From positions 1 to 63,368 of the IMG/VR virus record IMGVR_UViG_3300027971_000057: a stretch of 63,368 bases of DNA. The stretch is one strand, 5' to 3'. The notes beneath the pieces are model-generated. The model was not told the DNA's origin. It was given only the letters and a program-made list of their open reading frames with translations, and did not search any database. The stretch comes from a virus (Duplodnaviria; Caudoviricetes). Shown here piece after piece: positions 62,248 through 63,368 of this stretch. A program made the position numbers and the translations under genes. Each line of letters starts with the position of its first letter. Within the stretch, counting starts at the first letter, position 1.

Positions 62248-63368
62248 TTATCCTACAAGTAGTCTTCGAGTAGTGCCGCCAGAATCGGTAATGGTAACGT
62301 ACCCTGCTTGAGTAACAAGACCGGCGGTATAGGTGCCAAACTTGATGGTGCCTGTGCCTTTTGTTGCCAGCACCAAATTGACGTTAGTGTCTGTTCCGGT
62401 GCCCGTTATCGTCACGTTTGCTGGTGTAGCGCCGCCTGTAGTAGCAGCGCCAGTTATACTGACGTAATTTACAGCAGATGGGGTTGCTGATACCCGCATT
62501 TGATTTGATCCAGCAGAACCACCAAGCGTTGCATTAGTGTTAAAGAAAAGACTGCCGCCGCTGTTGTAGATGCAGGCAACACTAGTTGATGAATCATAGT
62601 ACGTTCTGGTGCTTAATGTTGCTGTATCGCTGTTTCTAAGCATCTGCAACCCACCAGAAGCGCCAGCATTTTGAATGCTTATGCTGGTTGCATTGGAAAT
62701 TGCTGGCGCTGATTGTAAAACAACTTTGCCCGTTCCGGTAATGCCTGTATTACCGCTGGCTACACCATCATCGCCGCTCCATAAGTCTGATATAGAGTAC
62801 GTCCATTGTGTGCTACTACCTAAGCCAACATAAACAAATACCGCGCCTGTATTTATTGGCATTTGGTATAAGGCTATAGCATTAAAATCATTTACTAAAA
62901 AAGCGGAATTTGTCTGATTGACAATGTGGAGCGAGTACCCTATTGGTAGGGTTGTTATGTCTGGCAAATAACAACCGGCACCAGTTCCTGTAAAAAACAC
63001 GTTTTGTGCGGTTGTGCTGTCAAGGTTTGGGCTTGCTGAGTTAACATATGTCTGATAACTTGACAACTTATTGAACGCAGCATTGGCTGACGTTGCGGAT
63101 GTGCCGCCGTTAGCGATTGATAGGGTTGGCAATACTCCAACTGTTGGAATTCCCAGCAAGAAAGAATCGCCGTCTAACCCATCATCCCCTGCTGCACCTA
63201 TTGCTCCAGTTGCTCCAGTTGCTCCAGTTGCACCTGTAGCACCCCGTAATCCCGGTGGCCCAACATCGCCGTCTAACCCATCATCCCCTGCTGCACCTAT
63301 TGCTCCAGTTGCTCCAGTTGCTCCAGTTGCTCCAGTTGCACCTGTAGCACCCCGTAATCCCGGTGGCC
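62248..63368 (-). CDS. C-terminal part of collagen-like tail fibre protein
   Basis: frame of track ORF 62248..63159 stays open to 63368 through [14 protein letters not shown]...GDDGLDGD. Confidence 0.85.
   Translation of the reverse strand, partial: PPGLRGATGATGATGATGATGAIGAAGDDGLDGDVGPPGLRGATGATGATGATGAIGAAGDDGLDGDSFLLGIPTVGVLPTLSIANGGTSATSANAAFNKLSSYQTYVNSASPNLDSTTAQNVFFTGTGAGCYLPDITTLPIGYSLHIVNQTNSAFLVNDFNAIALYQMPINTGAVFVYVGLGSSTQWTYSISDLWSGDDGVASGNTGITGTGKVVLQSAPAISNATSISIQNAGASGGLQMLRNSDTATLSTRTYYDSSTSVACIYNSGGSLFFNTNATLGGSAGSNQMRVSATPSAVNYVSITGAATTGGATPANVTITGTGTDTNVNLVLATKGTGTIKFGTYTAGLVTQAGYVTITDSGGTTRRLLVG

Noticed and set aside
1-63368. Stop-codon reassignment, introns or inteins
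   Set aside because: Core genes are intact and of ordinary length in the standard code
1-63368. Integrase/att lysogeny module
   Set aside because: No tyrosine or serine recombinase motifs recognised and no host flanking DNA

Overview
The window looks like a near-complete ~63 kb tailed dsDNA phage genome (Caudoviricetes, podovirus-like gene set). Both ends break inside one collagen-like (Gly-X-Y) fibre gene: 63246-63368 is identical to 38-160. The minus-strand arm (63368->36498, then 11863->1) holds morphogenesis and lysis genes: terminase, portal, GroES, scaffold, capsid, tail tubular proteins, two fibre+chaperone modules, GH108 endolysin, and internal virion proteins including a 2279-aa polyvalent protein. 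The plus-strand arm (12364->36369) holds small early genes and a replication module (PolA, PD-(D/E)XK exonuclease, SNF2 helicase, SSB-like protein, HTH regulator, primase-helicase). I see no integrase, CRISPR array, reverse transcriptase or canonical tRNA. Most notable: (1) nine copies of a 25-bp palindrome ATTCGAGGACA-N3-TGTCCTCGAAT punctuate the early region, mostly just ahead of RBSs, and one neighbouring direct repeat shows an empty/filled pair differing by exactly a 21-bp core plus an AT duplication; (2) further modular leader cassettes and a shared operator-like palindrome; (3) six free-standing HNH/EndoVII endonucleases, three apparently inserted into the 3' end of a host gene with a replaced C-terminus; (4) several structured non-coding RNA candidates; (5) a probable replication origin. 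Family assignments come from motif recognition only; no database search was run.
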